A stretch of 60,472 bases of DNA. Origin: Clostridia bacterium. Its GTDB lineage: Bacteria > Bacillota > Clostridia > Christensenellales > UBA1242. The stretch spans positions 1 through 60,472 of the forward strand of contig JAFQFI010000008.1 of assembly GCA_017398655.1 (NCBI GenBank). The letters run 5' to 3'. The translations under genes were made by a program, and so were the position numbers. Below the pieces are notes generated by a model, which saw nothing but the letters and a program-made list of their open reading frames with translations, searched no databases and was not told where the DNA came from. Of this stretch, positions 9,844-18,931 are shown in pieces; the first letter of the stretch is position 1; each line of letters begins with the position of its first letter.

Positions 9844-10857
9844 ATGACTATTGATAATAAATGTAAAAACTGTGGCGGAGAATTAATTTATGATGTATCT
9901 TCTGGAGAATTAAAATGTATGCAATGTGATAGCATTGTAGATATTCCGGAACAAAATGCTAATGCAACTAAAGTTGATTACACAGAAACATCTACTTTAA
10001 AAACCAGCACCGAAGAATATACACAATATTCTTGTTCTACCTGTGGTAGAAAACACATAACACCTGTACATCAAGAACTTGTAAATTGCCCAAGCTGTGG
10101 CGATTGTAATTTAGAAAAAAATGTAAGCGTAAGTTATATCCCTGATGGAATTATTCCTTTTAAGTTAGATAAAGAAAAAGCAATGCAAAGTTTTTCACAA
10201 TGGTTAAGAAAAAGATTTTGGGCACCAAGCAACTTAAAAAAACTTGCCAAAACCGAATCTTTAAAAGGTACATACTTTCCTATTTACAATTATGATTTTA
10301 ATTGTTTTTCAAAATACTCTGGTGTTGGGGTTAAAAGTCGTAGAGGTTTAGACGGAAAAACTTATACTACACGACATAAATTTAAAGGCGACAGAAATGA
10401 TAACTTTATTAACTATGTAGATAGTGCAAATACTACAATTCCTTCTGGTCTATTAAGAGAAATGTCAAACTTTGATTACACCCAATGTTATATCTACAGA
10501 ACAGAATTTTTATATGGTTGGATTGGACTTGATAATAATATAGATATCCATAATAGTTTTGTAAAAGTAAAACAATCTTCTAAACAAGAAATTGAAAAGA
10601 GAATTAAGCAAGAATCTAAATATGATAGTGTTGAAAATTTGATATGTGATACCGAATATACAAATATAAAATACAATTACTTATATGTTCCTGTTTGGGT
10701 TAACTATTATAACTATAAAGGCAAAACTTTCAATTGCTTTATAAATGGTATAACCGGCAAAGTAAGTGGAGATGCTCCAAAATCATTTTGGAAAAGATTT
10801 TTTGCAATTCTTGGTATTATTGCTGTTGGTGTATTATTATATTTCCTTACAAAATAA
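9844..10857 (+). CDS. zinc-ribbon protein with C-terminal TM anchor (YdjG-like), paralogue 2
   Basis: ATG at 9844 preceded by GGAG. Same Cys pattern and same C-terminal block (FNC(Y/F)INGITGKVSG.APKSFWK) as 8708-9736. Confidence 0.65.
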   Translation: MTIDNKCKNCGGELIYDVSSGELKCMQCDSIVDIPEQNANATKVDYTETSTLKTSTEEYTQYSCSTCGRKHITPVHQELVNCPSCGDCNLEKNVSVSYIPDGIIPFKLDKEKAMQSFSQWLRKRFWAPSNLKKLAKTESLKGTYFPIYNYDFNCFSKYSGVGVKSRRGLDGKTYTTRHKFKGDRNDNFINYVDSANTTIPSGLLREMSNFDYTQCYIYRTEFLYGWIGLDNNIDIHNSFVKVKQSSKQEIEKRIKQESKYDSVENLICDTEYTNIKYNYLYVPVWVNYYNYKGKTFNCFINGITGKVSGDAPKSFWKRFFAILGIIAVGVLLYFLTK

Positions 10858-10867
10858 TATTAAAATA

Positions 10868-10906
10868 ATAAAAGAGTTAGGTTTTAAAACTTAACTCTTT
10901 TTTTTA
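10868..10906. terminator. bidirectional terminator
   Basis: Hairpin AAGAGTTAG...TTAACTCTT with flanking A- and T-runs, between convergent genes. Confidence 0.7.
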
Positions 10907-10909
10907 TTT

Positions 10910-11476
10910 TTACTTATCTTTTTTCTTATTTTCTTTTTTATTTTTATATTCTTCTATTACTGTTTTTATTTGTTTGTATGTTTCGTATGGGTTAACAATA
11001 TGAGCAAATCTATATGCGCTACCACCCTTTTCTGCCACCATTGGGCTTGCCATACTTCCATATGTTAATGTTCCTGTATTTTTTCTTACAATTTTATCAA
11101 TTAAACTAACATTTACATTAACAGCGCCAATCATATCCATATCTAAGCATTTATAGTCAACACCAAAGATACCACTTCTAATTACAATTCTTCTATCTGT
11201 ATAAGCATAAAAAACATTTTTGTAATATAAACATAAAAATAATATAGCCAACCCAAGTAAAACCAAATAAATACCAATTGGAATAAATAAGTAAAATAAA
11301 CTTATTTGTACGCCCTCTTCAGGAAAAACAATTGCAAATACACTTATTGTTAGAAACAATAAAAAGAATAAAGCAAAACCTAAAATATTTGTTGTAAAAA
11401 ATTTTGTTCTATTTGGTTTAAAAACCTTTAAAAGTTCTTCGTCATCATCTAAAACATGGTCAAACATACTTTCCAT
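10910..11476 (-). CDS. membrane protein with bacterial PH (bPH_2/YdbS-like) domain
   Basis: 188 aa. Two TM helices are followed by a YAYTDRRIVIRSG...-type PH-like segment. Confidence 0.55.
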   Translation of the reverse strand: MESMFDHVLDDDEELLKVFKPNRTKFFTTNILGFALFFLLFLTISVFAIVFPEEGVQISLFYLFIPIGIYLVLLGLAILFLCLYYKNVFYAYTDRRIVIRSGIFGVDYKCLDMDMIGAVNVNVSLIDKIVRKNTGTLTYGSMASPMVAEKGGSAYRFAHIVNPYETYKQIKTVIEEYKNKKENKKKDK

Positions 11477-11499
11477 TTTTATATCCTCACTTACAAAAA

Positions 11500-13602
11500 T
11501 TAATCGTTATTTAAAAACAATATGTCATCATAATTTGGAAAAGGTTTGTTGCTTTCTGGCAAAATCAACTCTATTTGGTCATAAATATTTCTTAATTCCA
11601 ACATTTTATTGCAGATTTCTTTTTGACAAAACTCTGCTTTATCTTCAATAACAACTTTACCTTTAATTTTTTCTATTAAAACATTTAAATCTTCTACCTT
11701 ATTAGATAACTTAATATTTTGTTCAATTAAATTTTTGGTAGAGTGTATTGCTTCTTTGTTTTTAACACCAAACTTTTCCAATTTGTTATTTGTATCAATA
11801 AGATTATTAATAAAATTTTCTATACTTGGCATAACTTGTTTTTTGCACATATCTACCAAAGTTTTTGCTTCTATTAAACAATCACTAACATATGTTTCCA
11901 TAAAAGTATCATATCTAACTTTTACTTCTGTATTAGATAAAACTCCACTCTCTTCAAAAAGTTTTATGTTGTTTTCGTCTAATAATCTTTTATAACACTC
12001 TACACTATTTTTATAATCAATAAGTCCTCTACTTTGTGCTTCTTTTGCCCAATTGTCATCATAACTATTTCCGTTAAAAATAATGCGAGAGTGATTTGTT
12101 ATATTATCAATAATTATTTTAACAACTTCTTGTTCTACAGATTTTGATTTTTGCAATCTTTCGTTTATTTGTTTAAACTCATCTGCCACAATTGTAGCAA
12201 GAACTGTATTACTAAAAGCAATACTTTGTGAAGAACCCACCATTCTAAATTCAAACTTATTGCCTGTATAAGCAAAAGGGGTTGTTCTATTTCTATCACA
12301 ATTATCCTTATATGCCTTTGCAACAGAAGAGGTTTTCATATCAAGAAGTGAACCTTTTTTCTTTTTAACTTTATTAAGTTTAACAAAGTCAGACATCATT
12401 TCACTCATATCATCTCCAACAAAAACAGAGATAATTGATGGTGGGGCTTCACTTCCCCCTAAACGAAGGTCGTTACCCAAAGAAGATGTTGACATTTTAA
12501 GCAAATCATAATGTTTATCAATGGCAGAAATAACAGAAGTAAATGCAAGCATAAATACAAGTTCGTTTGCTTTGTTACAATCTAATAAATTAATTCCGGT
12601 ATTTGTAGAAATAGACCAGTTATTATGCTTACCACTACCATTAACACCTTTATAAGGTTTTTCGTGAAATAAAACTTTAAAACCATGTTTATCTGCAACT
12701 TTATTCATAACTTCCATAAGAAGAGAGTTTTGGTCTGCAACAATATTGGCTTGAGAATAAACTGCAACAATTTCGTGCTGAGTAGGAGCAACTTCATTAT
12801 GTTGAATTTTTGCCATAATGCCAAGTTCCCACAACTCCTTGTTTAAGTCGTGCATAAAGGCACTAACTTTTGGTTTAATTTGACCTAAATAGTGATGAGA
12901 AGTTTCTTGACTTTTAATTGCCTCTGCCCCCAAAAGAGTTCTACCAGTTAAAACAAGGTCTTTTCTTTTATTAAACAAATTTTTGTCAATTAAAAAATAT
13001 TCTTGCTCACAACCAACATGACAAATTACACTTGTCACATCACTATATCCAATTGTATTTAAAAGTTTTGTTGCTTGCTTGTTTAAAAATTCTGTTGCCC
13101 TTAAAAGAGGTGTTTTTTCATCAACAGCAACACCCATATATGTACAAAAAGCAGTTGGAATGTACAAAACTTTATTATCTTTATCGTCTTTTTTAATAAA
13201 AACAGGACTGGAGTAATCCCAAACAGTATAGCCACGAGCTTCAAAAGTTAATCTTTCTCCACCACTTGGAAAACTTGAGGCGTCTGTTTCGCCTTTAATT
13301 AATGCTTTGCCATTAAACTTTTTAATAAAGTCACCTTTAGAATTATACTCTAAAAAACTAATATGCTTTTCTGCATACTTACCTGTAAGAGGGAAAAACC
13401 AATGAGTGTAATGAGTTGCACCCATAGATATTGCCCACTTTTTTATTGCACTTGCAATTTTATCTGCAAGAGCAAAATCCATTTGACCATTAAAAGTTTT
13501 GAGTTTTATATATTCGTTATAATCTTTTCTTTTCATAAAATGTTTTAACTTATTATCTGTTAAAACATAACTTGAAAATTTATAAAGCAAATCTTTTTCC
13601 AT
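11500..13602 (-). CDS. glnN: type III glutamine synthetase
   Basis: 700 aa. Length and the N-terminal MGATHYTHWFFPLTG segment are typical of GSIII. Confidence 0.8.
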   Translation of the reverse strand: MEKDLLYKFSSYVLTDNKLKHFMKRKDYNEYIKLKTFNGQMDFALADKIASAIKKWAISMGATHYTHWFFPLTGKYAEKHISFLEYNSKGDFIKKFNGKALIKGETDASSFPSGGERLTFEARGYTVWDYSSPVFIKKDDKDNKVLYIPTAFCTYMGVAVDEKTPLLRATEFLNKQATKLLNTIGYSDVTSVICHVGCEQEYFLIDKNLFNKRKDLVLTGRTLLGAEAIKSQETSHHYLGQIKPKVSAFMHDLNKELWELGIMAKIQHNEVAPTQHEIVAVYSQANIVADQNSLLMEVMNKVADKHGFKVLFHEKPYKGVNGSGKHNNWSISTNTGINLLDCNKANELVFMLAFTSVISAIDKHYDLLKMSTSSLGNDLRLGGSEAPPSIISVFVGDDMSEMMSDFVKLNKVKKKKGSLLDMKTSSVAKAYKDNCDRNRTTPFAYTGNKFEFRMVGSSQSIAFSNTVLATIVADEFKQINERLQKSKSVEQEVVKIIIDNITNHSRIIFNGNSYDDNWAKEAQSRGLIDYKNSVECYKRLLDENNIKLFEESGVLSNTEVKVRYDTFMETYVSDCLIEAKTLVDMCKKQVMPSIENFINNLIDTNNKLEKFGVKNKEAIHSTKNLIEQNIKLSNKVEDLNVLIEKIKGKVVIEDKAEFCQKEICNKMLELRNIYDQIELILPESNKPFPNYDDILFLNND

Positions 13603-13716
13603 AATCGTTAAAATCCTAAAAATAAAATCAAATTGATTATAACACTTAAATAGTTATTTTGTCATTAAAAAAATAAAAAAGAACCCTGTATAGAGTTCTT
13701 TTTATATATTTTTATC

Positions 13717-14250
13717 CTAAGCCCAACTATCACCATTAATAAATTTTGTTAATGCCATAACAAAGGCAACCTCAGTTAAATCTATTCTTGAAACTTCTCC
13801 GTGGGTTAAAAGTTGAACTCCTCCACCATAATTATGCCTATTGTCATCAGGAGTAAAAACTTTATTTATTACTTTACTTAAATCTGTTAATTTTATTTCT
13901 TCCACATATTTATCTGGCACCGGAAAAGATGGACTTGTAGAACAACTACTATTGCCTTTATCATCTTCGATAACTGCAATATTTGTTATCATATATTCTC
14001 CAAACAAATTTTGAATACCACTTTCAATAGATAAAAACATATCTGTTTTTATATTATTCTTTTTTGCATATTCTTTTAAGTTTTTAACTCTATTTTTTGC
14101 CCCTAAAAAAATTTCATTATTTACAGGTTGTTCAGGTACATTTGAATTAACTGAAACACCTTCAATTTCAACATCTTTAAAAAATTTATCTAAAGCTTTT
14201 TTAGCCCCTTCTATCTTACCATAATTTTTTGTTGCAATTAAAACTTTCAT
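13717..14250 (-). CDS. inosine/xanthosine triphosphatase (YjjX/DUF84-like)
   Basis: 177 aa. NVPEQP...GAKNRV aligns with the YjjX signature. Confidence 0.7.
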   Translation of the reverse strand: MKVLIATKNYGKIEGAKKALDKFFKDVEIEGVSVNSNVPEQPVNNEIFLGAKNRVKNLKEYAKKNNIKTDMFLSIESGIQNLFGEYMITNIAVIEDDKGNSSCSTSPSFPVPDKYVEEIKLTDLSKVINKVFTPDDNRHNYGGGVQLLTHGEVSRIDLTEVAFVMALTKFINGDSWA

Positions 14251-14295
14251 TTTTATTTCCTTTTTTAATATAAAAAATAAATTGTTTTTTGTTAT

Positions 14296-15198
14296 TTATT
14301 CAAAACTACAGCCCTGAAAAATGTTTCTTTTTTCAAGTTCTCTATTTATTGAATTTAATATAATTTTTTTATGACTGTTCCACTCGGGCGCTACCAAAAT
14401 ATCTTTTGGGGCATCACCTGTTATTCTACAAATTATTATATCTTTTTTTAAATAAGATAAAATATCGCAAACTTTATCAACATAAGTTTCTAATTCTAAC
14501 GGAACATATTTTCCTTTATTAAACAATTTTTCAAGTTGAGTATTTTTTATAATATAAGTTGAGTGAATTTTTACCCCTAAGATATTTAATGAATTTATAA
14601 AACTAACTGTTTTTAAAACATCTTCATTTTCTTCAAAGGGAAGCCCTACCATAATATGGGTTATAACATCAATGTTTGCTTTGTTTAACAGTTCCACTGC
14701 ATTAACAAAATCTTGATTTGTGTACCCCCTATTAAACTTTTTTGCAACTTCTTCGTTTGCTGTCTGAAAGCCAAGTTCTACATAAACATAATATTTTTTT
14801 TGATATTCTTTTAATAAATTTACAACATCTTCATTTATGCAATCAGGTCGTGTTGCAATTGCAAGGGCAACAATCCTATTATCAACTAAAGCACTATCAT
14901 ATTTTTTCTTTAAATTTTCAACGCTATCATAAGTATTAGTAAAATTTTGAAAGTAGGCAATAAACTTATTTGCCCTTTTACCCCTATAACTATCTAAGTG
15001 ATTTTTAACTTGACTACCTATATCAATTTTTTTTGTATTTTCGCCAGAACCCCTTTCTCCACAAAAAGAGCAACCCCCAACCCCACACTTACCATCACGG
15101 TTTGGGCAAGTAAAACCACCATCAATGCAAACCTTTAAAGTTCTCTCTCCAAATTTTTCTTTTAAAAAATCATTAAACTGATTATATCTTTTTACCAT
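14296..15198 (-). CDS. TIGR01212-family radical SAM protein
   Basis: 300 aa. CPNRDGKCGVGGCSFCGERGSG near the N-terminus. Confidence 0.8.
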   Translation of the reverse strand: MVKRYNQFNDFLKEKFGERTLKVCIDGGFTCPNRDGKCGVGGCSFCGERGSGENTKKIDIGSQVKNHLDSYRGKRANKFIAYFQNFTNTYDSVENLKKKYDSALVDNRIVALAIATRPDCINEDVVNLLKEYQKKYYVYVELGFQTANEEVAKKFNRGYTNQDFVNAVELLNKANIDVITHIMVGLPFEENEDVLKTVSFINSLNILGVKIHSTYIIKNTQLEKLFNKGKYVPLELETYVDKVCDILSYLKKDIIICRITGDAPKDILVAPEWNSHKKIILNSINRELEKRNIFQGCSFE

Positions 15199-15317
15199 AC
15201 ATTAATAATATTATAAAAAACTTTTAAATTCAACAATATATATAAAAAGTAATTGTTTTCACCATATAAAAGATTTAATAAACATAATCCACATTTAATT
15301 TAGATTAATAAATTTTT

Positions 15318-15367
15318 ATAAAAAAAATCTAAGCCAAACACTTTTTCTATGTGTTCAACTTAGATTT
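15318..15367 (-). terminator. rho-independent terminator after the Mrr-cat gene
   Basis: Imperfect hairpin AAATCTAAG..AAACAC / GTGTT..CTTAGATTT, followed by a T-run on the minus strand. Confidence 0.55.
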
Positions 15368-15405
15368 GTCTTGGTGGAGTTCAACTAAGCTAAGTTAAAC
15401 TCCAT

Positions 15406-16755
15406 TTATAGTTCTAAATCTTCTATTTTTTCAATCAAAACATCTCTATTCCACAGTTCGACTTTATTAACTTTAGCCAATTTTATTGCTGACGGAGTAA
15501 AATAATTATTTGTAACAACCATACACTTGTCAGCTTTATAGTATTTCATACCAGCAACAGCTTCCATTATTGCATGATTTCCAACTTTGTTATTATAACA
15601 TTTTGCTTGAATTGCGATTTTCAAATCATTTTTCTCAGCTATCACATCTATTCCTTGGTCATTACTTGCTTTGGTAATTTTCGTTTGATAACCCATATTT
15701 TTAAATAAATCAGATACGCAACTTTCAAACTCTTTACCAGACATTACATCTATATCAACAATAGAAACTGAATCTTTCTCTTTTTCTTCTTTTAACAAAT
15801 CGTTTAAATATTTTTCTGCATGTATTTGATTTTCGATTAAATCTAATTTTTCTTTATAAATTTCACTTGCTATATCCATATTTTCATTTTTATAAATTTC
15901 TTTAGAAAATAAAATAAAAGTAATTTCTTCAATTAACAAATTTTCTCTTCTTAATTTTTTTATTATATTTTTTTCATTTTCTTCATTTATTAAAAATTCA
16001 TATTTTTTACAAAAATTGTTTATATAATTATTTTTAATTTCATTATAAAATCTTTCATTTAAAAGTAAGAAAAAGGCATCTTCTGTATTTTTATCTCCTT
16101 CAATAACACCTTGTGTTACTAAGGCATCATAAAATTGACGCAATTCCCTACATTCAAATCCACCCTTATCAAATTGATTAGCACTAAAATGTTGTTTTTT
16201 TAAAATAAATCGAGACTTAATATCAAAAGATAAATTTATATCTTTTTCTGCTATAGTTACTATTTCCCAATATTCTAAAAATCGATTAAAAGTTTGTAAT
16301 GGAGGAATTTGAATATCTTCCTCTTCATTATTTTCATGTTTAGTTAATTCCTTAAATTTCTCTAACTCTTCTTTTAAAATCAATGGCTTGTAGTTATTTC
16401 CAAAATTATTAATCTTAACACTTGGCATTGCTATACTATCAACATTCTTGTATAAAAAAATATCTAAATTTTCTCTTTTAGAAAAAAATTTTGCTAAATA
16501 TTGATTTAATTTATCATTTTCACACAAATTAACATACTCTTCTAAAATATCCTTGAATGTGGATATATTTTTAATTAATTCTTCATTTTCAATCTTTAAT
16601 CCTTCTTTATTTAATTCTGGAGAATTAAATTTATCTATATCTTTTTTTTTCTTCTCATTTTTTAATCCCACTACAACATATATAATAGCGATTATAACCA
16701 AAGACACCAAAAAGATTACTGACCCAATTCCTGAAGCTCCCAATAAATTAACCAT
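15406..16755 (-). CDS. membrane-anchored protein with C-terminal Mrr-cat (PD-(D/E)xK) restriction-endonuclease domain
   Basis: 449 aa. N-terminal TM helix, a long K/E/N-rich middle region, and a C-terminal GKEFE...GIDVIAEK...IAIQAKCY block typical of the Mrr_cat fold. Confidence 0.7.
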   Translation of the reverse strand: MVNLLGASGIGSVIFLVSLVIIAIIYVVVGLKNEKKKKDIDKFNSPELNKEGLKIENEELIKNISTFKDILEEYVNLCENDKLNQYLAKFFSKRENLDIFLYKNVDSIAMPSVKINNFGNNYKPLILKEELEKFKELTKHENNEEEDIQIPPLQTFNRFLEYWEIVTIAEKDINLSFDIKSRFILKKQHFSANQFDKGGFECRELRQFYDALVTQGVIEGDKNTEDAFFLLLNERFYNEIKNNYINNFCKKYEFLINEENEKNIIKKLRRENLLIEEITFILFSKEIYKNENMDIASEIYKEKLDLIENQIHAEKYLNDLLKEEKEKDSVSIVDIDVMSGKEFESCVSDLFKNMGYQTKITKASNDQGIDVIAEKNDLKIAIQAKCYNNKVGNHAIMEAVAGMKYYKADKCMVVTNNYFTPSAIKLAKVNKVELWNRDVLIEKIEDLEL

Positions 16756-16890
16756 AAAAGTAAAACCTCTTTAATAAAAAGATAACATAGAATTAGATTT
16801 TTGTCATTTGATAGAATACTATTTTACTTTTGTAAATCAAAATATTGAAAAAATAGTTTCTATAAAACAATAAATAATTATACAAATAAT

Positions 16891-17964
16891 TTATTTTTTC
16901 TCTAAACCTTCTAATATTCTATGACACCTATCAAGTTGTTCTTTTACATATTTTGTTATTAAATTCGTAAACTTTTTTATTTTTGCAAAATAATTAGGAT
17001 ATGCTTTTTGCAAAGAAGCTATTGACTTTGCAGACACAAGAACAACATCTGTATTAATATCTTTATTTAATTCCAATTTTGCATAAGTTTTTATGGCTTT
17101 TTTTGTTGACTTTTCATCTTCATCAAAATATTTAATTTCCAAAGAAGGATTCATAGTTTTTAATTGAAGTAAATAGTACCCCGATTTATTATAATTTTTT
17201 TTACTATCAAATATTATTTTAACAGTAGCAAAAGTATATAATTTCTTAGTTAAACCATATTTTTTGTTTAAATTGAAAAACTCTCCAATTGTTTCTAAAT
17301 GTTTTTTTATGTCATCTATGGTCTTTATTTTTTTACACTCTTCTTCTTCAAATATCAATGAAGATAATCTAAAAAAATCAAGCCAAATTTTTTCACCTTG
17401 ATTAAATTTCAATCCGTTATTTGTGAACATACCTACAGATTCAACAGCTGTAGCCCATAAATGCTGCAGTCTTGTTCTTAGTTGAAGTTCTACAGAGATT
17501 TTGTCGTAGTTATTGTCTTTTATAAAATCATATATAAGGTGAATTCCTCTATATCCAGTGTCTTTATTCGGATTTTTTATATAATCTTTTTCTTTATTCA
17601 ATAAAAAATCTTCACTAATATTTAATATTGAGTCTCTAAAAGAATAAACTTCTTCTAAATTTGAAAAGATTACTCTACATCCTCCAAGATCTTGCATACT
17701 GCTTAATCTCATATTTGGATAACGCACCAGTTTATTTACTATGGTGTCTAACCTTTTTAATCTTTGTGCAAAAACAACTCCTTTACGAGTCCCTATAGCT
17801 CTTTTCAATTCTTTTGCCAATTTAATCATTGGATGAGCATGAACAGCTCTCCAGCGTTCCACAATTTTTAAATGTTCGTTGTTTTTTCTATCTAAAGAAT
17901 TCTTTGCTATTTCTTTTCCAATAATATCTATTTGATTTTTACTGTAAATAATATTTCTATCCAT
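16891..17964 (-). CDS. RelA/SpoT-domain nucleotide pyrophosphokinase, long single-gene form (toxSAS/CapRel-like)
   Basis: 357 aa. Synthetase motifs GGCRVIF, YRGIHLIY and ELQLRTRLQHLWA, no HD hydrolase domain, and a ~170-aa C-terminal extension of unknown fold. Confidence 0.7.
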   Translation of the reverse strand: MDRNIIYSKNQIDIIGKEIAKNSLDRKNNEHLKIVERWRAVHAHPMIKLAKELKRAIGTRKGVVFAQRLKRLDTIVNKLVRYPNMRLSSMQDLGGCRVIFSNLEEVYSFRDSILNISEDFLLNKEKDYIKNPNKDTGYRGIHLIYDFIKDNNYDKISVELQLRTRLQHLWATAVESVGMFTNNGLKFNQGEKIWLDFFRLSSLIFEEEECKKIKTIDDIKKHLETIGEFFNLNKKYGLTKKLYTFATVKIIFDSKKNYNKSGYYLLQLKTMNPSLEIKYFDEDEKSTKKAIKTYAKLELNKDINTDVVLVSAKSIASLQKAYPNYFAKIKKFTNLITKYVKEQLDRCHRILEGLEKK

Positions 17965-17992
17965 TATTCTTCCTTTGTCTTTAAATCAAAAT

Positions 17993-18022
17993 AAAAAAGC
18001 TTAAACCTTATTTGGTTTAAGC
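17993..18022 (-). terminator. terminator downstream of the displaced tRNA-Lys 3' end
   Basis: 9-bp hairpin GCTTAAACC-N6-GGTTTAAGC followed by a T-run on the minus strand. It sits where the native tRNA terminator would be expected. Confidence 0.6.
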
Positions 18023-18028
18023 AACTTG

Positions 18029-18077
18029 TGGTGGGCCACCGGGGACTCGAACCCCGGACCCACTGATTAAGAGTCAG
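18029..18077 (-). repeat. attL: displaced 3' portion of tRNA-Lys (49-bp direct repeat)
   Basis: Base-for-base identical to 32489-32537 (tggtgggccaccggggactcgaaccccggacccactgattaagagtcag). Confidence 0.9.
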
Positions 18078-18112
18078 AGAATAGTCCTTTATTTAAGCCA
18101 CTTATAGCGTTT

Positions 18113-18134
18113 AGTACCCAAATAAGTACCCAAA
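18113..18134 (+). repeat. tandem AGTACCCAAA arm-type sites (left arm)
   Basis: AGTACCCAAA occurs twice at a 12-bp period. The same pair occurs at 32384-32405. Confidence 0.6.
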
Positions 18135-18148
18135 AAAAGTCTTGCAGT

Positions 18149-18931
18149 TTATTTAAAAACCACAAGACCATTTTGTTGTACATGATATTGATTCTTCGAA
18201 TATATAGCTTTAATAAAGTCTTTTATATCAATACCTTTAAGGTGCCCTTCTTTATTTATTGTCACATTACAATTCTTTACATGAGCTCTCGACCAAGCCT
18301 TGCCTAAATTTATTGCATTTTCTTCAGAAATAATATCTTTTAGTAAATAAAAAACAGAATAACAATCATAAGACTTAACATTGTTCGGCATATTTAAAAT
18401 ATATTGCCTCGCGGATGAATCATGTGAAAGTAACGCAAAAATATCAGCGTCACCAATTCTATTTGCAATTGATATATTTAAAATTGTCATGATTTCCCCC
18501 ATGTTGTTTCCACTAGGTATATTTCTAACAATTTTATTCAACTGTATAATAAACATTTTTAACTTTGTTTCGTTCATACAAAGATTTTCTAATTGGCTAA
18601 AATAATTTTTATAAAAAGTATCACTTTTAGAAATTTCAATTGATATTTTACGAATCTCATCCAAAATAATATGTTTAATAGTTATATCATCAAAAAAATG
18701 CTTTAGGCCTTTTACAATTTCAAAATTGTCAACTATGCTTATTTTTTCTTCTTGATGATATTTATAAATTATTTTTAAAATATTAGGATTCTTTATTTCA
18801 TCAAGAACCTTTGAAACCATAATAAATTTATACGGAAGTTTTATAATTTCATCGAAAAATGTGGAAGAATTATTTTTTGCTTTTATTGTTTTATTTATAA
18901 AATCCGTATCTAAATATGCAACTTTACTCAA
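18149..18931 (-). CDS. PIN-like domain protein (putative nuclease effector)
   Basis: 260 aa with a TTG start overlapping the upstream stop by 8 nt. YLDTDFI, VLDEI and SHDSSA are spaced like PIN acidic residues. Tentative call. Confidence 0.4.
   Translation of the reverse strand: MSKVAYLDTDFINKTIKAKNNSSTFFDEIIKLPYKFIMVSKVLDEIKNPNILKIIYKYHQEEKISIVDNFEIVKGLKHFFDDITIKHIILDEIRKISIEISKSDTFYKNYFSQLENLCMNETKLKMFIIQLNKIVRNIPSGNNMGEIMTILNISIANRIGDADIFALLSHDSSARQYILNMPNNVKSYDCYSVFYLLKDIISEENAINLGKAWSRAHVKNCNVTINKEGHLKGIDIKDFIKAIYSKNQYHVQQNGLVVFK

Noticed and set aside
15406-17964. Mrr-cat and RelA/SpoT genes as part of the integrated element
   Set aside because: They lie outside the 49-bp direct repeats. 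They are also separated from attL by what looks like the native tRNA terminator. I treated them as a separate, possibly older accessory locus.
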